From NCBI GenBank assembly GCA_910584845.1, contig CAJUDH010000004.1, positions 131,734 to 195,733 on the forward strand: 64,000 bases of DNA, in the 5' to 3' direction. Positions 40,578-48,233 of the stretch are shown one piece after another. The position numbers and the translations under genes were made by a program. The stretch's first letter is position 1, and the number at the start of each line of letters is the position of its first letter. Origin of the DNA: an uncultured Lachnospiraceae bacterium (GTDB lineage: Bacteria; Bacillota; Clostridia; Lachnospirales; Lachnospiraceae). The notes under the pieces were generated by a model that was not told the DNA's origin, did not search any database, and saw only the letters and a program-made list of their open reading frames with translations.

Positions 40578-41987
40578 ATGGCAGTAGAAAAAAAGCCGGT
40601 TAAGATTGTGGAAACCGTCCTGCGCGACGCACACCAATCTTTAATCGCAACCAGAATGAGCACCGAGCAGATGCTGCCCATCATCGAGAAGATGGACCAG
40701 ATTGGCTATTACGCAGTGGAATGCTGGGGCGGAGCTACCTTTGACGCTTCTTTGCGTTTCCTGAAGGAAGACCCGTGGGAAAGGCTGAGGAAATTAAAAG
40801 CAGGCTTTAAAAATACGAAGCTGCAGATGTTGTTCCGCGGGCAGAATATCTTGGGCTACAACCATTATGCAGATGATGTGGTGGAATATTTTGTACAGAA
40901 GTCCGTGGCCAACGGCATAGATATTATCCGTATTTTTGACTGCCTTAACGACCTGCGCAACCTGCAGACCGCCGTAAAGGCAGCCAACAAGGAGAACGCC
41001 CATGCGCAGATTGCACTGTGCTATACCTTGGGTGACGCCTACACCCTGGATTATTGGAAAGATATTGCCAAGAGGATTGAGGACATGGGGGCCGATTCCA
41101 TCTGTATCAAGGACATGGCCGGCCTGCTGACCCCTTATGCGGCCCAGGAACTGGTTACCGCATTGAAGCAGTCCACTTCCCTGCCCATTGACCTGCATAC
41201 CCACTATACTTCAGGGGTGGCTTCCATGACCTACTTAAAAGCAGTGGAGTCCGGCTGCGACATCATTGACACAGCCATGTCCCCCCTGGCTTTGGGGACC
41301 AGCCAGCCGGCTACGGAAGTATTGGTGGAGACATTCCGGGGAACGCCCTTTGATACCGGCCTGGATCAGGTAAAGCTTGCGGAGATTGCCGACTACTTTG
41401 CCCCGATCCGGGAGGAATGCTTAAAGAGCGGCCTTTTGAACCCGAAAGTATTGGGCGTCAATATCAAGACCTTACAGTACCAGGTGCCGGGCGGCATGTT
41501 GTCTAACCTGGTATCCCAGCTGAAAGAGGCAGGCAAGGAAGACAAGTACCGGGAAGTCCTGGAAGAGATCCCGCGGGTGCGTAAGGACTTTGGGGAACCG
41601 CCGCTGGTTACCCCGTCCTCCCAGATCGTCGGTACACAGGCCGTGATGAACGTGATTGCCGGGGAACGCTATAAAATGGTCCCCAAAGAATCCAAAAAGA
41701 TCATGCTTGGCGAATTTGGCCAGACGGTGAAGCCTTTCAACCCAGAAGTGCAGAAGAAGATAATTGGCGAAGAGACCCCCATTACCTGCCGCCCGGCAGA
41801 CCTGATTCCCCCGCAGCTTCCTCAGTTTGAGAAGGAATGCGCCCGGTGGAAACAGCAGGATGAGGATGTGTTGTCTTATGCTTTGTTCCCCAAGGTTGCG
41901 GAAGAATTTTTCAAATATAGGGAAGCCCAGCAGACAAAGGTAGACGCGGCCGTGGCCGACACTGCCAGCAAGGCATATCCCGTGTAA
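40578..41987 (+). CDS. oadA: Oxaloacetate decarboxylase alpha / pyruvate carboxyltransferase subunit (no biotin domain)
   Basis: LRDAHQSL.ATR, WGGATFD, IKDMAG, HTHYTSG, QVPGGM, VTPSSQIVG. Confidence 0.9.
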   Translation: MAVEKKPVKIVETVLRDAHQSLIATRMSTEQMLPIIEKMDQIGYYAVECWGGATFDASLRFLKEDPWERLRKLKAGFKNTKLQMLFRGQNILGYNHYADDVVEYFVQKSVANGIDIIRIFDCLNDLRNLQTAVKAANKENAHAQIALCYTLGDAYTLDYWKDIAKRIEDMGADSICIKDMAGLLTPYAAQELVTALKQSTSLPIDLHTHYTSGVASMTYLKAVESGCDIIDTAMSPLALGTSQPATEVLVETFRGTPFDTGLDQVKLAEIADYFAPIREECLKSGLLNPKVLGVNIKTLQYQVPGGMLSNLVSQLKEAGKEDKYREVLEEIPRVRKDFGEPPLVTPSSQIVGTQAVMNVIAGERYKMVPKESKKIMLGEFGQTVKPFNPEVQKKIIGEETPITCRPADLIPPQLPQFEKECARWKQQDEDVLSYALFPKVAEEFFKYREAQQTKVDAAVADTASKAYPV

Positions 41988-41996
41988 AATAAGGAT

Positions 41997-42033
41997 AAGT
42001 AGGGATCCTGCTATGCAGGGTTCCTATTTATTT
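41997..42033 (+). terminator. Terminator after the decarboxylase operon
   Basis: TAGGGATCCTGC-TAT-GCAGGGTTCCTA followed by TTTATTT. Confidence 0.6.
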
Positions 42034-42085
42034 GTTAAACCTTTCTTACAAATCATTCCAAAAGTATGAACTTTTTTGGATTTTA

Positions 42086-42115
42086 TTGACATATGGCACA
42101 TTTTGTCATTATAAT
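42086..42115 (+). promoter_or_regulatory. Sigma-A promoter of the autolysin gene
   Basis: TTGACA-18 bp-TATAAT. Confidence 0.65.
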
Positions 42116-42224
42116 ATAGCTTATTGGCCGGGGCCTTGTTTCTGGTTTAGGCGGTTCCGGTAACAGTTTTGGGAAAAGGGCGGGTTTGACCGTATTTACT
42201 TCAGAAAGGCATCGGGGGTTATAC

Positions 42225-44429
42225 ATGAAACGACAACCAGGAAAAAGGGTGGCAGCCCTGCTGCTGGCGCTGGCTCTTGCCGCGTCAACGTCTTTTGCCG
42301 TGCCGGCGCCGGTCCGGCAGGTTTACGCTTATACGGAACGGGCGGCCACCGTCAATGCTTCTACTTTAAATGTGCGCAGCGGCCCAGGTACTTCTTATCC
42401 GCAGGTGGGAAGCCTATCCAAAGGGACGGCCCTTACGGTAATAAACGAAGTGTCCGGACCGAACGGCAGTGTATGGTATCAGGTGCGGTTTTCCGGAGGG
42501 GGAGGGCCGTCTACGGGATATGTGTTAGGTACATATGTGCGTTTCCCGGTGGTGTATAATTATGATTCGGATTTTGAGTCCTACCTGGCGGCCCAGGGGT
42601 TTCCGGAAAGCTACAGGGAAAGCCTACGGCAGCTTCATGCCAGATACCCTAAATGGATCTTCCAGGCCCAACATACAGGGCTGGACTGGAACACGGCTAT
42701 ACAAAATGAAAGCATGATCCCCCGCAGCCTGATCCATACCAGCAGCATATCTTCCTATAAATCCACGGCAGACGGGGCCTACAACTGGGATAACGGTACT
42801 TGGACCGGTTTTGACGGCAGCAGCTGGGTAGCGGCTTCCGAGGAGATTTTACAGTATTATATGGATCCTCGGAATTTTTTGGATGAAGTATATATTTTTC
42901 AGTTTATGAACCACAAGTATGACCCGGCTACCCAAACGAGGGAAGGTCTGCAGGAATTGGTGAAAGGCACTTTTTTGGAAGGGAGTGTGCCGTCGGACGG
43001 TTCGGCAGGAAATTGGGACGGCGGCCAAGGTTCGGGCAGCCACACTGCCCCGGCAGAAAATCCGGGAGGCACCCCGGGCCCTTCCACCGGCGTGATTACG
43101 TCTCCCGGGACAGGTGCGGGGTCCGGCGGCCCCGGGGCAGGAAAAAACGGCGGCCCGGGCTCTGCCCAAGATTCAGAGGTAAGGCTTAGGGCGCCCCAGG
43201 CCTCCATCAGCAAACATGAGGCAGGAAGGGTAGCTTCTTCCGTGAGGGTAGGCGTAAAGCCGGGGCAAGGCGGGGCCGCAACACAGGACCCTGGGTCATC
43301 CGGCCCTTCAGGGGGGGCATCCCCATCTCCTGTGGTCACTTCCAACAACGGGGCATCCTCCCCGACAGCAAGGCCCCAGGGCGGTACGCCTTCTTCTCCG
43401 GGGGGAAGCCCTTCCCCTTCGGGGAACGTGCCGTCGTCGCCGGTGGGCCCTTCGTCGCCGGTGGGCCCTTCGTCGCCGGCGGCGGATCCGGAAAACGGCG
43501 GGTCGGCATCAACGGTTTCCTATGTGGATATACTATTAAAAGCAGCAGAGGTTTCGGGGGTTAGCCCTTATGTGCTGGCATCCATGATTATTCAGGAACA
43601 GGGCTCCAACGGTAGGGGAAATTCAATCACCGGGACCAACTCGGCTTACCCGGGCTATTATAATTATTTCAACGTGGGGGCATATGCCGCCAACGGTATG
43701 GGCGCTGTTGAGAGGGGATTGTGGTATGCTTCCCAATCCGGCAATTATGGGAGGCCTTGGAACAGCCCGGAAAAGTCCATCTTGGGCGGGGCACAGTTTT
43801 ATGGGGAAAACTATGTCAAAGCAGGGCAGGATACCTTTTATTTGAAAAAATATAACGTCCAGGGGGACAACCTGTACAACCATCAATATATGACCAATGT
43901 GGACGGGGCGGCTTCAGAGGGGTCCATTTTTGCAGAAAGCTACTCTTCCAAGCTCAATTCCATGTCTTTGGTTTTTAAAATACCTGTTTACGGGGGGATG
44001 CCAGACGCCCCCTGCGCCAAGCCTACGGGAGACGGAAGCCCCAATAACAAATTGAAAGGGCTGGCAATCGAAGGGTTTTCCATGACACCTACCTTTAGCC
44101 GGGATACTTATTCTTATGATGTGATTGTGGACAATTCGGTAGGCATGGTATCGGTGCAGGCCCAGGCGATTGATTCGGCGGCAACCGTCAGCGGGACAGG
44201 CATGGTCCAGCTGGCAAGCGGCAGCAACGAGATCCGGATCCGGGTGCGTGCGCAGAACGGGACGGAACGGGATTACCTGATTCACATTGTCCGCCAGGGA
44301 GGCGGCGTTTATGACGGCGGCTCTGGCGGCAGCCCTGGCGGCGTACAGGGGCCGGGGGGCGGGCCAGGGGGCCAGACGGGCACTCCGGCTAATCCGGGGG
44401 GGAGCAACGTGATCGTGATTACCCCGTAA
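42225..44429 (+). CDS. Secreted SH3b + glucosaminidase-like autolysin + cadherin-like beta-sandwich
   Basis: Signal peptide; LNVRSGPG..WYQV (SH3b); YYMDPRNFL, GYYNYFN.GA, GQDT.Y, HQYMTN; PTFSRDTYSY...V.AQNG..R.Y. Confidence 0.8.
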   Translation: MKRQPGKRVAALLLALALAASTSFAVPAPVRQVYAYTERAATVNASTLNVRSGPGTSYPQVGSLSKGTALTVINEVSGPNGSVWYQVRFSGGGGPSTGYVLGTYVRFPVVYNYDSDFESYLAAQGFPESYRESLRQLHARYPKWIFQAQHTGLDWNTAIQNESMIPRSLIHTSSISSYKSTADGAYNWDNGTWTGFDGSSWVAASEEILQYYMDPRNFLDEVYIFQFMNHKYDPATQTREGLQELVKGTFLEGSVPSDGSAGNWDGGQGSGSHTAPAENPGGTPGPSTGVITSPGTGAGSGGPGAGKNGGPGSAQDSEVRLRAPQASISKHEAGRVASSVRVGVKPGQGGAATQDPGSSGPSGGASPSPVVTSNNGASSPTARPQGGTPSSPGGSPSPSGNVPSSPVGPSSPVGPSSPAADPENGGSASTVSYVDILLKAAEVSGVSPYVLASMIIQEQGSNGRGNSITGTNSAYPGYYNYFNVGAYAANGMGAVERGLWYASQSGNYGRPWNSPEKSILGGAQFYGENYVKAGQDTFYLKKYNVQGDNLYNHQYMTNVDGAASEGSIFAESYSSKLNSMSLVFKIPVYGGMPDAPCAKPTGDGSPNNKLKGLAIEGFSMTPTFSRDTYSYDVIVDNSVGMVSVQAQAIDSAATVSGTGMVQLASGSNEIRIRVRAQNGTERDYLIHIVRQGGGVYDGGSGGSPGGVQGPGGGPGGQTGTPANPGGSNVIVITP
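43431..43482 (+). repeat. 18-bp tandem repeat (PSSPVG, ~3 copies)
   Basis: CC(G/T)TCGTCGCCGGTGGGC repeated within a Gly/Ser/Pro-rich insert. Confidence 0.85.
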
Positions 44430-44489
44430 GCAATGTGGATCCACTCACTATGATACAACGGCGGTAGCCGGTAAAAATTAGGAGAGACT

Positions 44490-46055
44490 ATGATTAGACT
44501 TGTGAAAAAATCCATGCGCAGGCTGTTGGCAGTGATGTTGATGGCAATGGCCTTTGCCTTTGAGAGTTTTGCGGCGAATGCCAAAATTTCTTTTTCGGAC
44601 CCTTCTGTCAAAGTGGGGGAAGAAGTCAAGGTTACCATGAAGTTTACTTGTACCAGTGGCGATGTGTTGGGCGATACCAATGTAATGTTGGACTATGACG
44701 CAACCATGCTGGAATTTATTAATGAAACAGAAAATGTTGACGGAGGGACGGGGAAAATCCGGGTCAGAAGTTTTCCGGGCGTTACGGAAGCCGTTACCGA
44801 ATTACGTTTCAAGGCCCTGCGCGCAGGCACGGCCACGATTACCGTGGCAAGCTGGGACGGATATGACAATAATGGCCAGAGGCTGAATATGGAAAGGCAG
44901 GGTACTTCCACGATTACGGTTGAGGGGGTCGCCACTTCTTCCAGTGATGCCACCCTCCAAAATTTGACGGTTTCCCCAGGGGCGCTTACGCCGGCGTTCA
45001 CCCCATCTACGGAAAACTATACGGTGACGGTAGGGCTGGACGCAGAAAGGCTTACCGTGGACGCCCAGCCAAACAACAGCAATGCAAAAGTGGAGCGGGA
45101 AGGCGGGGACAGCCTGCAGGAAGGGGAAAACACCGTCGTTTGCCGGGTCGTTGCTGAAGACGGGTCTACCACCAAAAACTATACGATTACCGTAAACAAA
45201 ATAGCCGGGGGTGAAACCGCAGGCTCTTTCGAAGGCGGCGGACAGGCTACGGCGGCAGCGGAACCGGAAGTCCTGGCAGAATTGACTTCCCTGGCGAAAA
45301 AACTGCAGATCCTTAGCCTGCCTGCAGGCGTAGAAGTCCCGGAAGGGCTTAAGGAGAGCGGCATTACCATAAGTGATACAAAAGTGACCGGATGGATTCC
45401 GGAAGGGGACGTAGAGGCTCCTTATTGCGTATTTTATGGCGTAAATGACAATGGCATCCAGGATTTCTACCGTTATGACCGGCGGGACAAGACCATCCAG
45501 CGGTATTTTGACAATGCCAATAAACTGGACCCTTCCATTTTAGAAGCCGGGGAAAAATACAATGAACTGGTAGGGGAATACAACAAGCTAAGGCTCATCG
45601 CCATGGGGGGTATCAGCGGCCTGGCCCTGCTGTCTGTAATCCTGCTTGCCCTGTTGCTGCTGTCTAGGCGTGGGCGCCCTGAAAAAGGCAGCGGGCGTGA
45701 AGGGCGGGGGAAATCTTCCCAATGGCCTGAGGAAAAGGCAGGAGGCCATACCCGGACAAGAAATGACGGGAGGTTGACAAAGGAAGAGCGTTACATGCGG
45801 GGGGAAAGCGACGATTTTGAGGAAGAGGACGAAGAGGGGTTCCCATCGGAAGCATATCAGCCGGATCCGGCCCCGGCCAGAAGGGAAGCTGCCCGCCGTC
45901 CCCAGCGCCCGGCGATAGAAGAACCGGCGGGCAAAGGGGACGGGCCGTCAGGAAAGGGTGGCATGGCCCCTTCCCGGGCCCCGTCTCCACAAAAGGCCGG
46001 CGGACCGGAAGAATTCGACGATTTTGAGATATTTGATTTGGATGAAGATCATTAA
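44490..46055 (+). CDS. Surface protein: cohesin-like/Ig + cadherin-like beta-sandwich + TM + acidic cytoplasmic tail
   Basis: Signal peptide; VKVGEEVKV..LDYD..LEF..L.FKAL.AG; SSDATL..L.V..G.LTPAF.P..ENY; TM at ~aa 370-392. Confidence 0.72.
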   Translation: MIRLVKKSMRRLLAVMLMAMAFAFESFAANAKISFSDPSVKVGEEVKVTMKFTCTSGDVLGDTNVMLDYDATMLEFINETENVDGGTGKIRVRSFPGVTEAVTELRFKALRAGTATITVASWDGYDNNGQRLNMERQGTSTITVEGVATSSSDATLQNLTVSPGALTPAFTPSTENYTVTVGLDAERLTVDAQPNNSNAKVEREGGDSLQEGENTVVCRVVAEDGSTTKNYTITVNKIAGGETAGSFEGGGQATAAAEPEVLAELTSLAKKLQILSLPAGVEVPEGLKESGITISDTKVTGWIPEGDVEAPYCVFYGVNDNGIQDFYRYDRRDKTIQRYFDNANKLDPSILEAGEKYNELVGEYNKLRLIAMGGISGLALLSVILLALLLLSRRGRPEKGSGREGRGKSSQWPEEKAGGHTRTRNDGRLTKEERYMRGESDDFEEEDEEGFPSEAYQPDPAPARREAARRPQRPAIEEPAGKGDGPSGKGGMAPSRAPSPQKAGGPEEFDDFEIFDLDEDH

Positions 46056-46078
46056 GCAGTAAATGGAAACGGGATTAT

Positions 46079-46105
46079 AAAGCGGCGTATTGACTTCGCC
46101 GCTTT
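46079..46105 (+). terminator. Hairpin terminator whose loop contains the next promoter's -35 box
   Basis: AAAGCGGCG-TATTGACTT-CGCCGCTTT. Confidence 0.55.
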
Positions 46106-46139
46106 CCTGTTTTATAATTGTTATATTATCTGTATAACA
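46090..46139 (+). promoter_or_regulatory. Sigma-A promoter plus palindromic operator for the gntR-mcsA-mcsB-clpC operon
   Basis: TTGACT(46090)-17 bp-TATAAT(46113), immediately followed by TGTTATA-N7-TATAACA (46119-46139). Confidence 0.72.
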
Positions 46140-46172
46140 GTTTGAGAGACAAAGGAAGGTGGGGAAGGCAAT

Positions 46173-46556
46173 ATGGTTCTAACCATAGATTTTGAAAGTG
46201 ACGAAGCCATTTACATACAGCTTCGGAATCAAATCATTATCGGGATCGCCGCCGACCGGATCCGGGAGGGGGATTCCTTGCCGTCGGTGCGGCAATTGGC
46301 TGACCACATTGGAATTAACATGCATACGGTAAACAAAGCATATTCTGTATTGAAACAGGAGGGTTTTATTAAACTGGACCGCAGGCGCGGGGCGGTAATT
46401 GCCCTCGATGTGGATAAATTGCGTGCCATGGAGGAACTGCAAAAGGAGATGGCGGTGATCTTGGCGAGGGCGATCTGCAAAAGGGTCAGCCGCCAGGAGG
46501 TCTATGCCCTGGTGGACGAAATTTATGATTATTATGCCGGAAACTGCAAAGAATAA
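46173..46556 (+). CDS. GntR family regulator, YtrA subfamily
   Basis: IYIQL..QI..GI....I.EGD.LPSVRQLA..IGIN.HTV.KAY..L..EG; short 127 aa. Confidence 0.92.
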   Translation: MVLTIDFESDEAIYIQLRNQIIIGIAADRIREGDSLPSVRQLADHIGINMHTVNKAYSVLKQEGFIKLDRRRGAVIALDVDKLRAMEELQKEMAVILARAICKRVSRQEVYALVDEIYDYYAGNCKE

Positions 46557-46580
46557 GGAAAAGACCAATGGAGGATTATT

Positions 46581-47156
46581 ATGTTATGTGAGCGATGCAA
46601 AATCAGGGAAGCCAATATCCAATATACCGAGGTGATCAATGGCGTAAAGACGGAGCACCATTTTTGTGCCCAATGTGCCAAAGAGATGGATTTTGGCCCT
46701 TATGCCGCTATTTTTGACAGTGAGTTCCCGTTGGGGAAGCTGTTGTCCGGCCTGCTGGGCGTCGGGCAAGAGCACAAGGAGCAGAAGGCCCACCAGGTAG
46801 TTTGCCCCACTTGCCGGACGACATATGAAGAATTTATCAAAAACAGCCGGTTTGGATGCCCCGATTGCTACGGGGTATTTGATTTGCTGATCAGTGAAAA
46901 CATTAAACAGCTGCAAGGCAGCGATACCCACAAAGGCAAACGCCCCAGATACCACTTGGGGCAAAACGGGACATTTTCTGTGGAAAGTTTGGCAAAAGGC
47001 GGGGAAGAAGGCCTGCAGGGGGAGATGGATGTGAAGGAAAAGCTGCGGATCCTGGACGCCCGCCTTCATGAAGCCATAGCCCGGGAAGAATATGAGGCGG
47101 CCGCCCGTTACCGGGACAGGATTAGAGAACTGAAAGAAGGAATCGAAAAATGTTAA
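46581..47156 (+). CDS. mcsA: McsA (CxxC zinc fingers + UVR domain)
   Basis: CERC, CAQC, CPTC, GCPDCY, H.GK.P, EEYEAAARYRDRI. Confidence 0.92.
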   Translation: MLCERCKIREANIQYTEVINGVKTEHHFCAQCAKEMDFGPYAAIFDSEFPLGKLLSGLLGVGQEHKEQKAHQVVCPTCRTTYEEFIKNSRFGCPDCYGVFDLLISENIKQLQGSDTHKGKRPRYHLGQNGTFSVESLAKGGEEGLQGEMDVKEKLRILDARLHEAIAREEYEAAARYRDRIRELKEGIEKC

Positions 47157-48181
47157 AATGGTTTGCCCATGTAGACCAGGACCGGCCGGGGGTCATAAAC
47201 AGCCGGGTCCGCCTGGTACGGAACTGGAATCAATATGCTTTTCCCTCCAGGCTCGCGCAAAAAGAGGGCATGGAGATGATCCACCGGTTAGAGCTGGGGC
47301 TGCAAGGCCTGGGTTCGCTGGACGGAAAAAAATACCAATACATCAATTTGGGGGATTTGAGTGAACTGGAGCGCAAAGCCATGCGGGAACGCCGGGTATT
47401 CAATTCCACCATTGCTTCCAAGAAGACCCCTACGGGGCTGATCCTTTCGGAAGACGAGGGTACGGGGATCGTGTTAAACGGTACGGACCATATCCGGCTA
47501 CAGCTATTGTCTGCCGGGCTCCACCTGGATGAGATGTGGCAGCAGTGCGACCGGATGGACGATTTCATCAACGCCCGTTTCCCCTACGCTTTCGACGAAA
47601 AATATGGCTACCTGACATCCTTTCCTACCAACGTAGGGACAGGGATGCGGGTTTCCGTTACTTTACACCTGCCGACATTATCATTAGGGAAAAAATTTAA
47701 CGGCCTGGTAGCGGAAATGGGGCGTTTTGGCGCCTTGGTGCGGGGCGTGTACGGCGAGGGCAGCGAAAATTATGGATCTTTATACGAGGTTTCCAACCAA
47801 AAAACCTTGGGGGTTACAGAAAAGGAGATACTGGACCTGGTAAACCGGGTAGCGCAGCAACTGCTGGCCCAGGAAAAACAGGTGCGCAAACTGGCCTTGG
47901 AAAAACATCGTCTGGAATATGAGGACGAGGCATACAAATCTTACGGGGTCCTTAAATATGCCAGACGGATGAGCGCCAAAGATGCCATGGTGTTCCTGTC
48001 CCGGATCATGTCGGGGATCGCAGACGGGATTTTAAAAATGGAAGAACCCTGCCCGGTATACGCAATGATGCTGGGCATTCAGCCATCCAATCTCCAAAAA
48101 GTTTCAGAACGGCCTTTGGGCAAAGAAGATTTGGATGAGGCCAGGGCGGCTTACATCCGGGAGAAGCTGCCAAACCTTTAA
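47150..48181 (+). CDS. mcsB: McsB protein-arginine kinase homologue with degenerate catalytic motifs
   Basis: SRVRL.RN, DHIRLQ, PTNVGTG.R.SV.LHLP, RG.YGEGS, SNQ.TLG; located between mcsA and clpC. Confidence 0.88.
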   Translation: MLKWFAHVDQDRPGVINSRVRLVRNWNQYAFPSRLAQKEGMEMIHRLELGLQGLGSLDGKKYQYINLGDLSELERKAMRERRVFNSTIASKKTPTGLILSEDEGTGIVLNGTDHIRLQLLSAGLHLDEMWQQCDRMDDFINARFPYAFDEKYGYLTSFPTNVGTGMRVSVTLHLPTLSLGKKFNGLVAEMGRFGALVRGVYGEGSENYGSLYEVSNQKTLGVTEKEILDLVNRVAQQLLAQEKQVRKLALEKHRLEYEDEAYKSYGVLKYARRMSAKDAMVFLSRIMSGIADGILKMEEPCPVYAMMLGIQPSNLQKVSERPLGKEDLDEARAAYIREKLPNL

Positions 48182-48233
48182 CATGGCGGCCAGGTATTAT
48201 AAATGGAAATTTATCAGGAGGAATTGGTAAACC

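Noticed and set aside
37079..40684. Long minus-strand ORFs (359 and 353 aa)
   Set aside because: Antisense shadows of codon-biased decarboxylase genes
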